Made by a program: the position numbers and the translations under genes
The notes under the pieces: model-generated
Database searches by the model: none
Seen by the model: only the letters and a program-made list of their open reading frames with translations
Told to the model about the DNA's origin: nothing
NCBI GenBank assembly: GCA_034678705.1
Contig: JAXDBP010000030.1
Span: forward strand, 50,162 to 114,161
Reading direction: 5' to 3'
Length of the DNA stretch: 64,000 nucleotides
Source of the DNA: Bellilinea sp.
GTDB taxonomy: Bacteria > Chloroflexota > Anaerolineae > Anaerolineales > Anaerolineaceae
Part shown: positions 55,837 through 64,000 of the stretch, piece by piece
How the letters are laid out: each line of letters begins with the position of its first letter
How positions within the stretch are numbered: position 1 is the first letter of the stretch

Positions 55837-56193
55837 ATGATCGAGCAATACTTGCCCCTGATAACCATTCTGGCCCTGGCGGTTTTCGTAGGCTTCTTTG
55901 TCATCGCGCTTGGCTCCGCCTTTGGTCCGCGGCGGCCAACCACTCGTAAAGCCGCCCCCTACGAATCGGGCATGGTGCCTTACGGATCGAGCCGCCGGCG
56001 CGTGTCGGTGCGCTATTACTTGATCGCCGTGCTTTTCATCCTGTTTGACATTGAGGTCATCTTCGTCGTCGCCTGGGCGGTGGTTGTGCGTCAACTGGGG
56101 ACGCTGGGTTTGATCGGTATGCTCGTCTTTCTCGCGATATTAGAGGTAGCTCACCTGTATGCGTGGAAGAAAGGAGCTTTGGAATGGGACTAG
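55837..56193 (+). CDS. nuoA: NADH-quinone oxidoreductase subunit A
   Basis: 118 aa, 3 TM helices, PYESG motif. First gene of the nuo array. Confidence 0.85.
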   Translation: MIEQYLPLITILALAVFVGFFVIALGSAFGPRRPTTRKAAPYESGMVPYGSSRRRVSVRYYLIAVLFILFDIEVIFVVAWAVVVRQLGTLGLIGMLVFLAILEVAHLYAWKKGALEWD

Positions 56194-56666
56194 AGCAAAA
56201 AACCGGCAACATGGGTGTGGTCACCACCACCCTGGAGCAGGTCATCAACTGGTCGCGCACCTACTCGATGTGGCCGATGCTCTTTGGGCTGGCCTGCTGC
56301 GCGATCGAGATGATGGCGGCGCAGGCTTCCAACTATGACATGAGCCGCTTTGGCATGGAGTTGATGCGCCCCAGCCCGCGCCAGTCTGACCTGATGATCG
56401 TCGCCGGACGGGTGACGCGCAAGATGGCGCCCGTCCTGCGCAAGCTGTACGACCAGATGCCCGACCCGAAATGGGTGATCGCCATGGGCGACTGCGCCTC
56501 CTGCGGCGGTGTCTTCAACAATTACGCCGTCGTTCAGGGCGTGGACGAGGTAGTGCCGGTGGACATCTATGTCTCTGGCTGTCCGCCGCGTCCCGAGGGC
56601 CTGCTGCACGGTGTGATGACCCTGCACGAGAAGATCAAGCGCGAGCGCTTGAAGGATTGGAAGTAA
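56184..56666 (+). CDS. nuoB: NADH-quinone oxidoreductase subunit B
   Basis: [10 protein letters not shown] ... GDCASCGG ... GCPPRPE. ATG 56184 after AAAGGAG. Confidence 0.9.
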   Translation: MGLEQKTGNMGVVTTTLEQVINWSRTYSMWPMLFGLACCAIEMMAAQASNYDMSRFGMELMRPSPRQSDLMIVAGRVTRKMAPVLRKLYDQMPDPKWVIAMGDCASCGGVFNNYAVVQGVDEVVPVDIYVSGCPPRPEGLLHGVMTLHEKIKRERLKDWK

Positions 56667-56693
56667 CCTCAGACAGCGGAGTGGAAAAAGCCC

Positions 56694-57206
56694 ATGAACG
56701 ACCATCTGCACAAGGCAGTCGACGCGATCCAATCCCGGTTTGGGGCGAGCCTTCACCAGTATGCCGGCGAAGTGACCCTGATATTGGGCCGTGAGCACAT
56801 CCTCGAAGCTGCCCAGGCGCTGCGCGACGAGTTCCAGTTCGAGATGATGGTGGATGAAACCGCTGTGGATTACTGGCCGCAGCAAGAACCTCGCTTCCAT
56901 GTCGTATACCAGCTCTATTCCATGAGTCACAATGTGCTGCTGCGGCTGCGCGTCCCTCTGGACGGCAACGCTCCGCATGTTGAAACGATGGAAAAAATCT
57001 ACCCCGGCGTTAACTGGAAGGAACGCGAGATTTGGGATATGTTCGGCATCCATTTCGACGGACACTCCGACCTGCGCCGCATCCTCATGCCGCACGACTG
57101 GCAGGGACACCCCCTGCGCAAAGACTATCCTCTCGGATATGAGGAAGTGCAATTCACCTTCAACCAGCAGGCGATTGATGAGACAAAGCCCTACGCCAAA
57201 GAGTAG
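56694..57206 (+). CDS. nuoC: NADH-quinone oxidoreductase subunit C
   Basis: WKEREIWDMFGIHFDGHSDLRRIL. Confidence 0.9.
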   Translation: MNDHLHKAVDAIQSRFGASLHQYAGEVTLILGREHILEAAQALRDEFQFEMMVDETAVDYWPQQEPRFHVVYQLYSMSHNVLLRLRVPLDGNAPHVETMEKIYPGVNWKEREIWDMFGIHFDGHSDLRRILMPHDWQGHPLRKDYPLGYEEVQFTFNQQAIDETKPYAKE

Positions 57207-57223
57207 CGTCCGGAGGTCCCCGC

Positions 57224-58453
57224 ATGCCTGATATTCGTGAAGTATCTGTAGACGAGCTCCGCCATCTGGTCAGCGACCGGGCGATGACCGGCGAGACCAT
57301 GCTGCTCAACATGGGACCGCAGCATCCCAGCACCCATGGGGTGCTGCGACTGCTGCTCGAGCTGGACGGCGAGATCGTGATCAACTGCATCCCGGATATC
57401 GGCTTTCTGCACACCGGGGTCGAGAAGAACATGGAAGCCAAGACCTATCAGAAAGCCGAGGTGATGACCGACCGCCTGGATTACCTCAATCCGATGGGCA
57501 ACAACCTGGTCTTCTGCCTGGCGGTCGAGAAGCTGGTCGACCTGGACGTGCCGCCGCGCGCCCAGGCGCTGCGCGTGATCCTGGCGGAATTGCAGCGCAT
57601 CTCCTCGCACCTGGTCTGGATCGGCACCAGCTCACTCGACCTGGCTGCCATGTCGGTCTTCCTCTACGCCATGCGCGAGCGCGAGATGATCCTGGATGTT
57701 TTCGAGCTGGTTTCGGGTCAGCGTATGATGACCACCTACATCCGCCCTGGCGGGCTGTGGCGCGACGTCCCGGCGGAGTTCGAGCCTGCCGTGGATGAGG
57801 TCCTCGCCATCCTGCCGAAGCGCATTGATGAGTACGAGCGCATGCTCACCACCAACGAGCTGTTTCTCGACCGCACCCAGGGCATCGGCGTGATCAGCAC
57901 CGAGCAGTGCCGGCAGTACGCCCTGACCGGCCCGGTCATCCGCGCCACCGGTCTGGCTTACGACCTGCGCAAAGCGCGTCCCTACAGCGGCTACGAGCAG
58001 TACAACTTCGAAGTGCCCACCCAGGCCGCCGGGGATGTCTATGCCCGCTACCTGGTGCGCGTTGAGGAGATGCGCCAGTCGCTCAAGATCATCCGCCAGG
58101 CGCTGGACAAACTGCCCGGCGGGCCGGTGCGCAGCGACAACCGTAAATTCGTCCCGCCGCCGCGCTCGGAGATCGGGGTCAGCATGGAGGCGCTGATCCA
58201 TCACTTCAAGCTGTGGACGGAGGGCTTCAACGCGCCTGCCGAGTATGTCTATGCCGCGGTCGAAAGCCCACGCGGCGAGCTCGGCGTCTATCTGGAGGGA
58301 GATGGAGGTCCCAAACCGTACCGCATTCACTACAACACGCCCTCCTTCGCCAACCTGCAGGCCATGCCGATTATGACCCGCAACCACTTCATCGCCGATG
58401 TGGTCGGGATCATCGGCAGCATTGATATCGTACTGGGAGACGCCGACCGGTGA
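57224..58453 (+). CDS. nuoD: NADH-quinone oxidoreductase subunit D
   Basis: NMGPQHPSTHGVLRL ... ESPRGELG ... DIVLGDADR. Confidence 0.9.
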   Translation: MPDIREVSVDELRHLVSDRAMTGETMLLNMGPQHPSTHGVLRLLLELDGEIVINCIPDIGFLHTGVEKNMEAKTYQKAEVMTDRLDYLNPMGNNLVFCLAVEKLVDLDVPPRAQALRVILAELQRISSHLVWIGTSSLDLAAMSVFLYAMREREMILDVFELVSGQRMMTTYIRPGGLWRDVPAEFEPAVDEVLAILPKRIDEYERMLTTNELFLDRTQGIGVISTEQCRQYALTGPVIRATGLAYDLRKARPYSGYEQYNFEVPTQAAGDVYARYLVRVEEMRQSLKIIRQALDKLPGGPVRSDNRKFVPPPRSEIGVSMEALIHHFKLWTEGFNAPAEYVYAAVESPRGELGVYLEGDGGPKPYRIHYNTPSFANLQAMPIMTRNHFIADVVGIIGSIDIVLGDADR

Positions 58454-58971
58454 ACACACTGCTCTCACAATACCCTGCCGAAATCGACAAGATTTTGAGT
58501 CACTACCCGCCGGATCAGAAACGCTCGGCGGTGATGCCATTGCTGCACCTGGCCCAGCGCGAGGCTACCTACGTCAGCGCCCAGGCGCTCAAGGACATCG
58601 CCGAGATTTGCGAGATCTCGATCACCGACGTGGCTTCAATCGTCGGCTACTACACGCTGTATTATGACCGGCCGCTTGGGCGCTATCACATCCAGGTCTG
58701 CACTGATCTGCCCTGCGCGCTGCGCGGCGCCGACAAATTCCTGGCTGAGCTGTGCCAGCGGCTGGGATTGAAAGTCGGGGAGCCTTCGCCGGACGGATTG
58801 TTCATCATCGAAGAGGTCAAGTGCCTGGCGGCCTGCCACCGCGCGCCGATGTTCCAGGTGCAGAGCGGCGAGGGCATCAGTTATCACGAAAATCAGACCG
58901 TCGAGACTGCGCTGGAGGTGATCGAAGCCCTGCGTCAGCACGTCCTGCAGGAGAAGGAGTCGCAGCCATGA
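58450..58971 (+). CDS. nuoE: NADH-quinone oxidoreductase subunit E
   Basis: 2Fe-2S thioredoxin-like pattern VCTDLPC ... CLAACHRAPM. Confidence 0.9.
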   Translation: MNTLLSQYPAEIDKILSHYPPDQKRSAVMPLLHLAQREATYVSAQALKDIAEICEISITDVASIVGYYTLYYDRPLGRYHIQVCTDLPCALRGADKFLAELCQRLGLKVGEPSPDGLFIIEEVKCLAACHRAPMFQVQSGEGISYHENQTVETALEVIEALRQHVLQEKESQP

Positions 58972-60224
58972 GCGAGTACATCTTGCTGCGCCACCGCGAC
59001 ACCCCCGATATCGACCAGTTGACGGTTTACCGCAAGCACGGCGGTTTCGAAGCCTGGCGCAAAGCCCTGACCGCCCTTCAGCCGGAAGACGTGACCCAGA
59101 TTGTCAAAGACTCGGGTCTGCGCGGGCGCGGCGGAGCGGGTTTTCCAACCGGGATGAAATGGTCTTTCTGCCCCAAGGATATTTGGCCGCATTATGTCGT
59201 CGCCAACGCCGATGAGTCCGAGCCGGGCACCTTCAAGGATCGCGAGATCATGGAAGGCAACCCGCTCCAGTTCCTGGAGGGGCTCATGCTCGCCGCGTAC
59301 GCGGTTCAGGCAAACGACGCCTACATCTACCTGCGCGGCGAGTTCTGGCAAATCGCCCGCCGGCTGGAAATTGTAATCGAAGAGCTCGACGCGGCCGGCC
59401 TGCTCGGTGAGAGGATCCTTGGCAGCGATTTTTCCCTGCGCCTGCACGTGCACCTGGGCGCTGGCGCCTACATCTGCGGCGAGGAAACCGCTTTGCTCGA
59501 GTCGATCGAGGGCAAGCTCGGTCAACCGCGCCTGCGCCCGCCCTTCCCGGCAGTCGCCGGCCTGTTCGCCAGGCCGACTGTGATCAACAACGTCGAGACA
59601 TTGACCAACCTGCCGCCGATCATCCAGAACGGCGCCGCCTGGTACCGTGAATTCGGCACCGAAAAAAGCCCAGGGAGGAAAATCTTCTCCCTGTCCGGCT
59701 GCGTCAACCGGCCTGGCAACTATGAGCTGCCCCTGGGAACCCCCTTCCGCGAGCTGATCTACGAGCACGGCGGCGGTATCCCCGATGGACGCCAGATCAA
59801 GGCGATCATGGCAGCCGGCGCCTCCTCTGCGTTGATCGCGGCCGACGAGGCTGCGCTGGACACGCCCATGGATTATGAATCGGTGGCGATGCTCGGCGCT
59901 TCGCTCGGTTCAGCATCCGTGATCGTCATTGACGAATCGGTCAGCATCGCCTGGCTGGTCCAGAAGACGGTCAATTTCTTCAAGCACGAATCCTGCGGCA
60001 AGTGCACGCCCTGCCGCGAGGGCACCTATTGGATGGACAGGCTGGCCGACCGCATCGCCGCCGGTGAGGCGGGTGAGAACGACGTCGACCTGCTCTACAG
60101 CGTGGCACGCCAGATGCAGAACAAGTGCCTGTGCGCGCTGGGTGAGTTCTCTACAGAGGCGGTCGTTTCCGGCATCAAGAAATTCCGCCCCGATTTCATA
60201 AAAGAAAGACAGTTCCAGGATTGA
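58968..60224 (+). CDS. nuoF: NADH-quinone oxidoreductase subunit F
   Basis: GLRGRGGAGFPTG, GAGAYICGEETALLESIEG, ESCGKCTPCREG. ATGA overlap with nuoE. Confidence 0.9.
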   Translation: MSEYILLRHRDTPDIDQLTVYRKHGGFEAWRKALTALQPEDVTQIVKDSGLRGRGGAGFPTGMKWSFCPKDIWPHYVVANADESEPGTFKDREIMEGNPLQFLEGLMLAAYAVQANDAYIYLRGEFWQIARRLEIVIEELDAAGLLGERILGSDFSLRLHVHLGAGAYICGEETALLESIEGKLGQPRLRPPFPAVAGLFARPTVINNVETLTNLPPIIQNGAAWYREFGTEKSPGRKIFSLSGCVNRPGNYELPLGTPFRELIYEHGGGIPDGRQIKAIMAAGASSALIAADEAALDTPMDYESVAMLGASLGSASVIVIDESVSIAWLVQKTVNFFKHESCGKCTPCREGTYWMDRLADRIAAGEAGENDVDLLYSVARQMQNKCLCALGEFSTEAVVSGIKKFRPDFIKERQFQD

Positions 60225-60266
60225 GGCGCGGTAACCAGGCGCCGCGATCGTGTCCCCGAGGTGTGT

Positions 60267-62753
60267 ATGCCCAAAATGGTAACGCTGACCATCGACGATA
60301 AAAAGGTGACCGTCCCGGCGGGGACGGTGATCGTCGACGCGGCCAAAAAGGCCGGCATCGACATCCCTGTCTTCTGCTACCACCCCAAAATGGAGCCGGT
60401 GGGTATGTGCCGCATGTGCCTGGTAGAGATCGGCCGTCCGGTCATCGACCGCAGCAGCGGACAGGTTGTGCTGGAAGAAGACGGCTCGCCGAAGATTTCC
60501 TTCGGCCCCAAACTGGAGACCAGTTGCACCGTGCCGGTCAGCGAGGGCATGGTCGTGCGCACCCAGACTCAGCCGGTAAAGGATGCGCGCGTTGGCATGC
60601 TCGAGTTTCTGCTCACCTCGCACCCGCTCGACTGTCCGGTCTGCGACAAGGGCGGTGAGTGCCCGCTGCAGAACCTGACCATGGGCTACGGCCCGGGCGT
60701 ATCGCGCTTCCAGTTCGACGACAAGAAGCATCTTGGCAAGCGCATTCCGCTCGGTGAACTGATCTGGCTGGATCGCGAACGCTGTATCCAGTGCGCGCGC
60801 TGCGTGCGCTTTCAGGATTTCGTCGTCGATGATCCGGTGATCGGCTTTTCCAACCGCGGACGCAGCCTGGAGATCGTCACCTTTTCCGATCCGGGCTTCG
60901 ATTCGATCTTTTCCGGCAACACCACCGACATCTGCCCGGTCGGCGCGCTGACGACAGACGACTTCCGCTTCGGCGCCCGCCCCTGGGAACTGAAAACCGA
61001 CGCTTCCATCTGCCAGCACTGCCCGGTCGGCTGCAACCTGGCGATCAACATCCGCCGCGAGGCTAAGGCGGGCGGTAAGCCGGTCATCAAGCGCATTTTG
61101 CCGCGCCAGAACGAGGCGGTCAACGAGATTTGGATTTGCGATAAGGGCCGACTCGGCTATCACTACGCCGAGAGCGCCGACCGGCTGGAACGCCCGCTGG
61201 CGCGCAAGGGCGGCGAGCTTGTCCCGGTTAGCTGGGACGAGGCGCTCGACCTGGCCGCTGAAAAGCTAAAGGAAACAGAATCGCTTGTCACCCTGGCCGG
61301 CGGGCGGCTCTCCAACGAAGATCTTTTCAACCTGCGCGAGCTGACCGCGGCGAAGAGCGGCAAGGCGCTGCTTTACAGCGACATGGCCGGCGGCGACCTG
61401 GTCGCCCGCTGCGGGCTGGCGCCGGGCAGCAATTTTGGCGAGATGGGCAAAGGCAGCGCGATCCTGGTTATCGCCAGCGACCTGCACCAGGAAGCCCCGC
61501 TCTGGTGGCTGCGTGTCAAGCAAGCCGCCGAGCGCGGCGCTGAGCTGATCGTCGCCAACCCGCGCGCCACCCGCCTGGACAAATACGCTAGACACCGCAT
61601 TCCTTACGAATATGGGCAGGAAGCCGCGACGCTGGCTGCCTTCCAGCGCGGAGTGTCTGCGCCAGAGGAATTGCAGGCGGCCGCGGCAGCCTTTGCCGCC
61701 GCCGAGAACCGCGTCATCCTCTACGGCAGCGAAGGGCTGGGATTGCACGGCTCGCAGGCGCTCGTCCAGACCGCGGCGGCTGTCCTGGCCGGCTATGGCA
61801 GGATTGGCGCGCTGAACAACGGCCTGGTCGGTGTCTGGCAGCGGGCCAACGACCAGGGCGCCTGGGAGATCGGCTTCCGCCCGTCTGCGAACCTGGCGGC
61901 GGAGATCGGCTCAGCTGGCCTGCTGCTGATCGCCGCGGCCGATCCTGCCGGCGACGACCCTGCCCTGGCGGAGGCGGTCGCGCAGGCCGGCTTCGTCGTC
62001 GTCCAGGAATTGTTCCTCAGCGAGACCGCCCGCCGGGCGGACGTGGTTTTACCCGCCCAGGCCTGGACCGAGCGCGAAGGCACGCTGACTTCCGGTGAGC
62101 GGCGCGTCCAGCGTTATTACCCTGCCCTGGCGCCGCGAGGCGAAGCGCGCGCCGATTACGCCGTCGCCGCCCAGATCGGACAGCGGCTGGGTTTGAGCCT
62201 TGAATCTGGGACGGCGTCGCTGGTCTTTCTGCGCCTGGCCGCCAGCCTGATGGCTTTTGCCGGATTGAACTACCAGCGGCTGAGCGAAACGAGCGAACAG
62301 TGGCCGATCATCGGACAGGAGGATTTATACTACGGCGGCACCGCTTACGACAACCACCAGGGACTCGGTGTGCAATTACCGCTGGCGGTAGAAGGCGAGC
62401 CGCCTGTCCCAGCCGCGGACGCGGAACTGCCCGCTGTCAGGAAAGGACAGCTTCTGCTTGTACCGATCACCCGCCTGTACGACCGCGGCGCGACGCTGCT
62501 GCCGACCCGGCTGCTTTCCCAACGCATCTTTAACCGGGAGGTCTGGCTGCACCCGCAGACCGCAGCCGCGCTCGGGCTTGACGGCGCCGGGCAGGTCGAG
62601 ATCCGCTTGAACGGCGCGACCTGCAGCGCCGCCCTGCGGCAGGATTTGAATGTGCCGGCAGGGGTGGGGCTCGTCCCGCGCAGCGTTGGCATTCCGTTGT
62701 TCGCTCCGCAGGCCGCTGCACTGATTGCACTGGCCGCCGTGGCTGAGGTTTAG
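60267..62753 (+). CDS. nuoG: NADH-quinone oxidoreductase subunit G
   Basis: CYHPKMEPVGMCRMCLVE, HPLDCPVCDKGGEC and CIQCARCVRF cluster motifs. Confidence 0.9.
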   Translation: MPKMVTLTIDDKKVTVPAGTVIVDAAKKAGIDIPVFCYHPKMEPVGMCRMCLVEIGRPVIDRSSGQVVLEEDGSPKISFGPKLETSCTVPVSEGMVVRTQTQPVKDARVGMLEFLLTSHPLDCPVCDKGGECPLQNLTMGYGPGVSRFQFDDKKHLGKRIPLGELIWLDRERCIQCARCVRFQDFVVDDPVIGFSNRGRSLEIVTFSDPGFDSIFSGNTTDICPVGALTTDDFRFGARPWELKTDASICQHCPVGCNLAINIRREAKAGGKPVIKRILPRQNEAVNEIWICDKGRLGYHYAESADRLERPLARKGGELVPVSWDEALDLAAEKLKETESLVTLAGGRLSNEDLFNLRELTAAKSGKALLYSDMAGGDLVARCGLAPGSNFGEMGKGSAILVIASDLHQEAPLWWLRVKQAAERGAELIVANPRATRLDKYARHRIPYEYGQEAATLAAFQRGVSAPEELQAAAAAFAAAENRVILYGSEGLGLHGSQALVQTAAAVLAGYGRIGALNNGLVGVWQRANDQGAWEIGFRPSANLAAEIGSAGLLLIAAADPAGDDPALAEAVAQAGFVVVQELFLSETARRADVVLPAQAWTEREGTLTSGERRVQRYYPALAPRGEARADYAVAAQIGQRLGLSLESGTASLVFLRLAASLMAFAGLNYQRLSETSEQWPIIGQEDLYYGGTAYDNHQGLGVQLPLAVEGEPPVPAADAELPAVRKGQLLLVPITRLYDRGATLLPTRLLSQRIFNREVWLHPQTAAALGLDGAGQVEIRLNGATCSAALRQDLNVPAGVGLVPRSVGIPLFAPQAAALIALAAVAEV

Positions 62754-62766
62754 AGGAGAGGGGCGT

Positions 62767-63798
62767 ATGGTCACTGCTGGAATGATTTGGGAATGGGTCA
62801 TCAAATCTCTTGTCATCATCCTTTTTATGACGGCTGGCTTTGCCTATACCACGCTGTACGAGCGCAAGGTGCTGGCGCGCATCCAGGCCCGCGTTGGGCC
62901 GAACCGCGCCGGTCCGTTTGGAATCCTCCAGCCGGTGGCGGACGGTCTCAAGCTGATCTTCAAAGAAGAGCTGGTTCCGTCCTACTCTGATAAGATCATT
63001 TTTTTGCTCGCTCCGGTGATCACTGTCGTGCCCGCGCTGATCATCACTGCCGTCGTCCCCTGGGGGGAGACTTTCAGGATCGGCTCGCGCACCTACACCT
63101 GGTATCTCGCGGATGTCAACATCGCTGTGCTGTACCTGATGGCGGTCACCTCGATCTCCGTCTACGGAATCACCCTGGCGGGCTGGTCCTCCAATAATAA
63201 ATACGCACTGCTCGGCGGGCTGCGCTCCACTGCGCAGATGATCAGCTACGAGCTGGCGCTTGGCTTGGCGTTCGTCGGGCCGATTATGCTGGCCGGCTCG
63301 ATGAGCCTGGTCGACATCGTCCGCGCCCAACAGGGTCTGTGGTACATCTTCCTCCAGCCGGCCGGCTTCGCCATCTTCTTCGCCGCATCCATCGCCGAGG
63401 TCAACCGCGCGCCCTTCGACATGCCCGAGGCCGAGCAGGAGCTGACCGCCGGCTATCACAGCGAGTACTCCGGGATGAAGTTTGCACTCTTCTTCATGGC
63501 GGAATATATCAAGATGATCGCTGTGGCCATGATCGGCTCGACCCTCTTCCTCGGCGGCTATCTCTCGCCGCTCGGCTTCTTATCCGATCTTCCGGTCGTC
63601 GGCTGGATCTTTGGCGGCGGGCCGCACTGGCTGCTGCTCAAGGTGGCCGTCTGGCTGTTTGGCATGATCTGGATTCGCGCCACGCTGCCGCGCATCCGCT
63701 ACGACCGTCTGATGCAAATGGGGTGGAAAATCCTGTTCCCGATCGGCATGTTGAACATCATCATCACCGCCGTCGTGATCGTTCTGGTAGGAGGTTAA
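62767..63798 (+). CDS. nuoH: NADH-quinone oxidoreductase subunit H
   Basis: [16 protein letters not shown] ... [13 protein letters not shown]. Confidence 0.9.
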   Translation: MVTAGMIWEWVIKSLVIILFMTAGFAYTTLYERKVLARIQARVGPNRAGPFGILQPVADGLKLIFKEELVPSYSDKIIFLLAPVITVVPALIITAVVPWGETFRIGSRTYTWYLADVNIAVLYLMAVTSISVYGITLAGWSSNNKYALLGGLRSTAQMISYELALGLAFVGPIMLAGSMSLVDIVRAQQGLWYIFLQPAGFAIFFAASIAEVNRAPFDMPEAEQELTAGYHSEYSGMKFALFFMAEYIKMIAVAMIGSTLFLGGYLSPLGFLSDLPVVGWIFGGGPHWLLLKVAVWLFGMIWIRATLPRIRYDRLMQMGWKILFPIGMLNIIITAVVIVLVGG

Positions 63799-63802
63799 CC
63801 CC

Positions 63803-64000
63803 ATGCTGAAAGGCTTGATAACCACCCTTCTGGCCTTAACGAAAAAACCGGTCACCATCCAGTATCCGGAGGTGAAAAGACCGGTCAGAGTGCGCTTCAA
63901 GGGGCGTCACGTGCTCAAGCGCTATGATAACGGTCTGGAAAAATGCATCGGCTGCTCGCTGTGCGCGGCGGCCTGCCCTTCGGACGCGATTTTCGTCGAG
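63803..64000 (+). CDS. nuoI: NADH-quinone oxidoreductase subunit I, 3' end cut by window edge
   Basis: MLKGLITTL...YPEVKRP...[16 protein letters not shown]. Open to the window end. Confidence 0.85.
   Translation, partial: MLKGLITTLLALTKKPVTIQYPEVKRPVRVRFKGRHVLKRYDNGLEKCIGCSLCAAACPSDAIFVE

Noticed and set aside
56190-63459. Several long minus-strand ORFs (56190-57152, 57632-58540, 58935-59768, 59910-61163, 62530-63459) across the nuo operon
   Set aside because: All are antisense to well-supported nuo genes and have low-complexity compositions.

Overview
This is a high-GC bacterial chromosome segment. The gene content (a bacterial Elp3 homologue, GTAG-type REPs, a 14-subunit-type nuo operon) suggests Chloroflexota, but that is a low-confidence inference. 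The backbone genes are rpoD, rdgB, rnhB, comEC, tRNA-Pro(TGG), an ECF cobalt/nickel transporter (cbiM-Q-O) with a divergent Fur-family regulator, and nuoA to nuoI, which runs off the 3' edge. Between them sit accessory genes: four OsmC paralogues, several NTF2/SnoaL proteins, two DegV, two ICMT-type methyltransferases, two SRPBCC proteins, a large S8 subtilase and a GH127-like gene. The most interesting items are listed here.

- **Phage-derived module (8.4-18.3 kb, minus strand):** about 10 kb with large terminase, portal, a protease-capsid fusion, a GH25 lysin, a holin-like ORF and three or four unknown ORFs. It has no integrase, replication, regulatory or recognisable tail genes, and host genes are visible on both flanks.
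- **Candidate selenoprotein:** an OsmC-family gene has an in-frame UGA at the peroxidatic Cys position, followed by an fdhF-like SECIS hairpin.
- **Elp3 / Trm9-like pair:** the two genes are divergently arranged.
- **Two REP-associated Y1 transposase (RAYT) genes with their REP hairpins:** one gene carries a REP doublet inside its reading frame.
- **Family B polymerase homologue:** its catalytic motifs look degenerate.

No CRISPR array, rRNA or integrase was seen. All functional calls rest on motif recognition from memory, with no database search. Coordinates of non-ORF features may be off by 1-2 nt.
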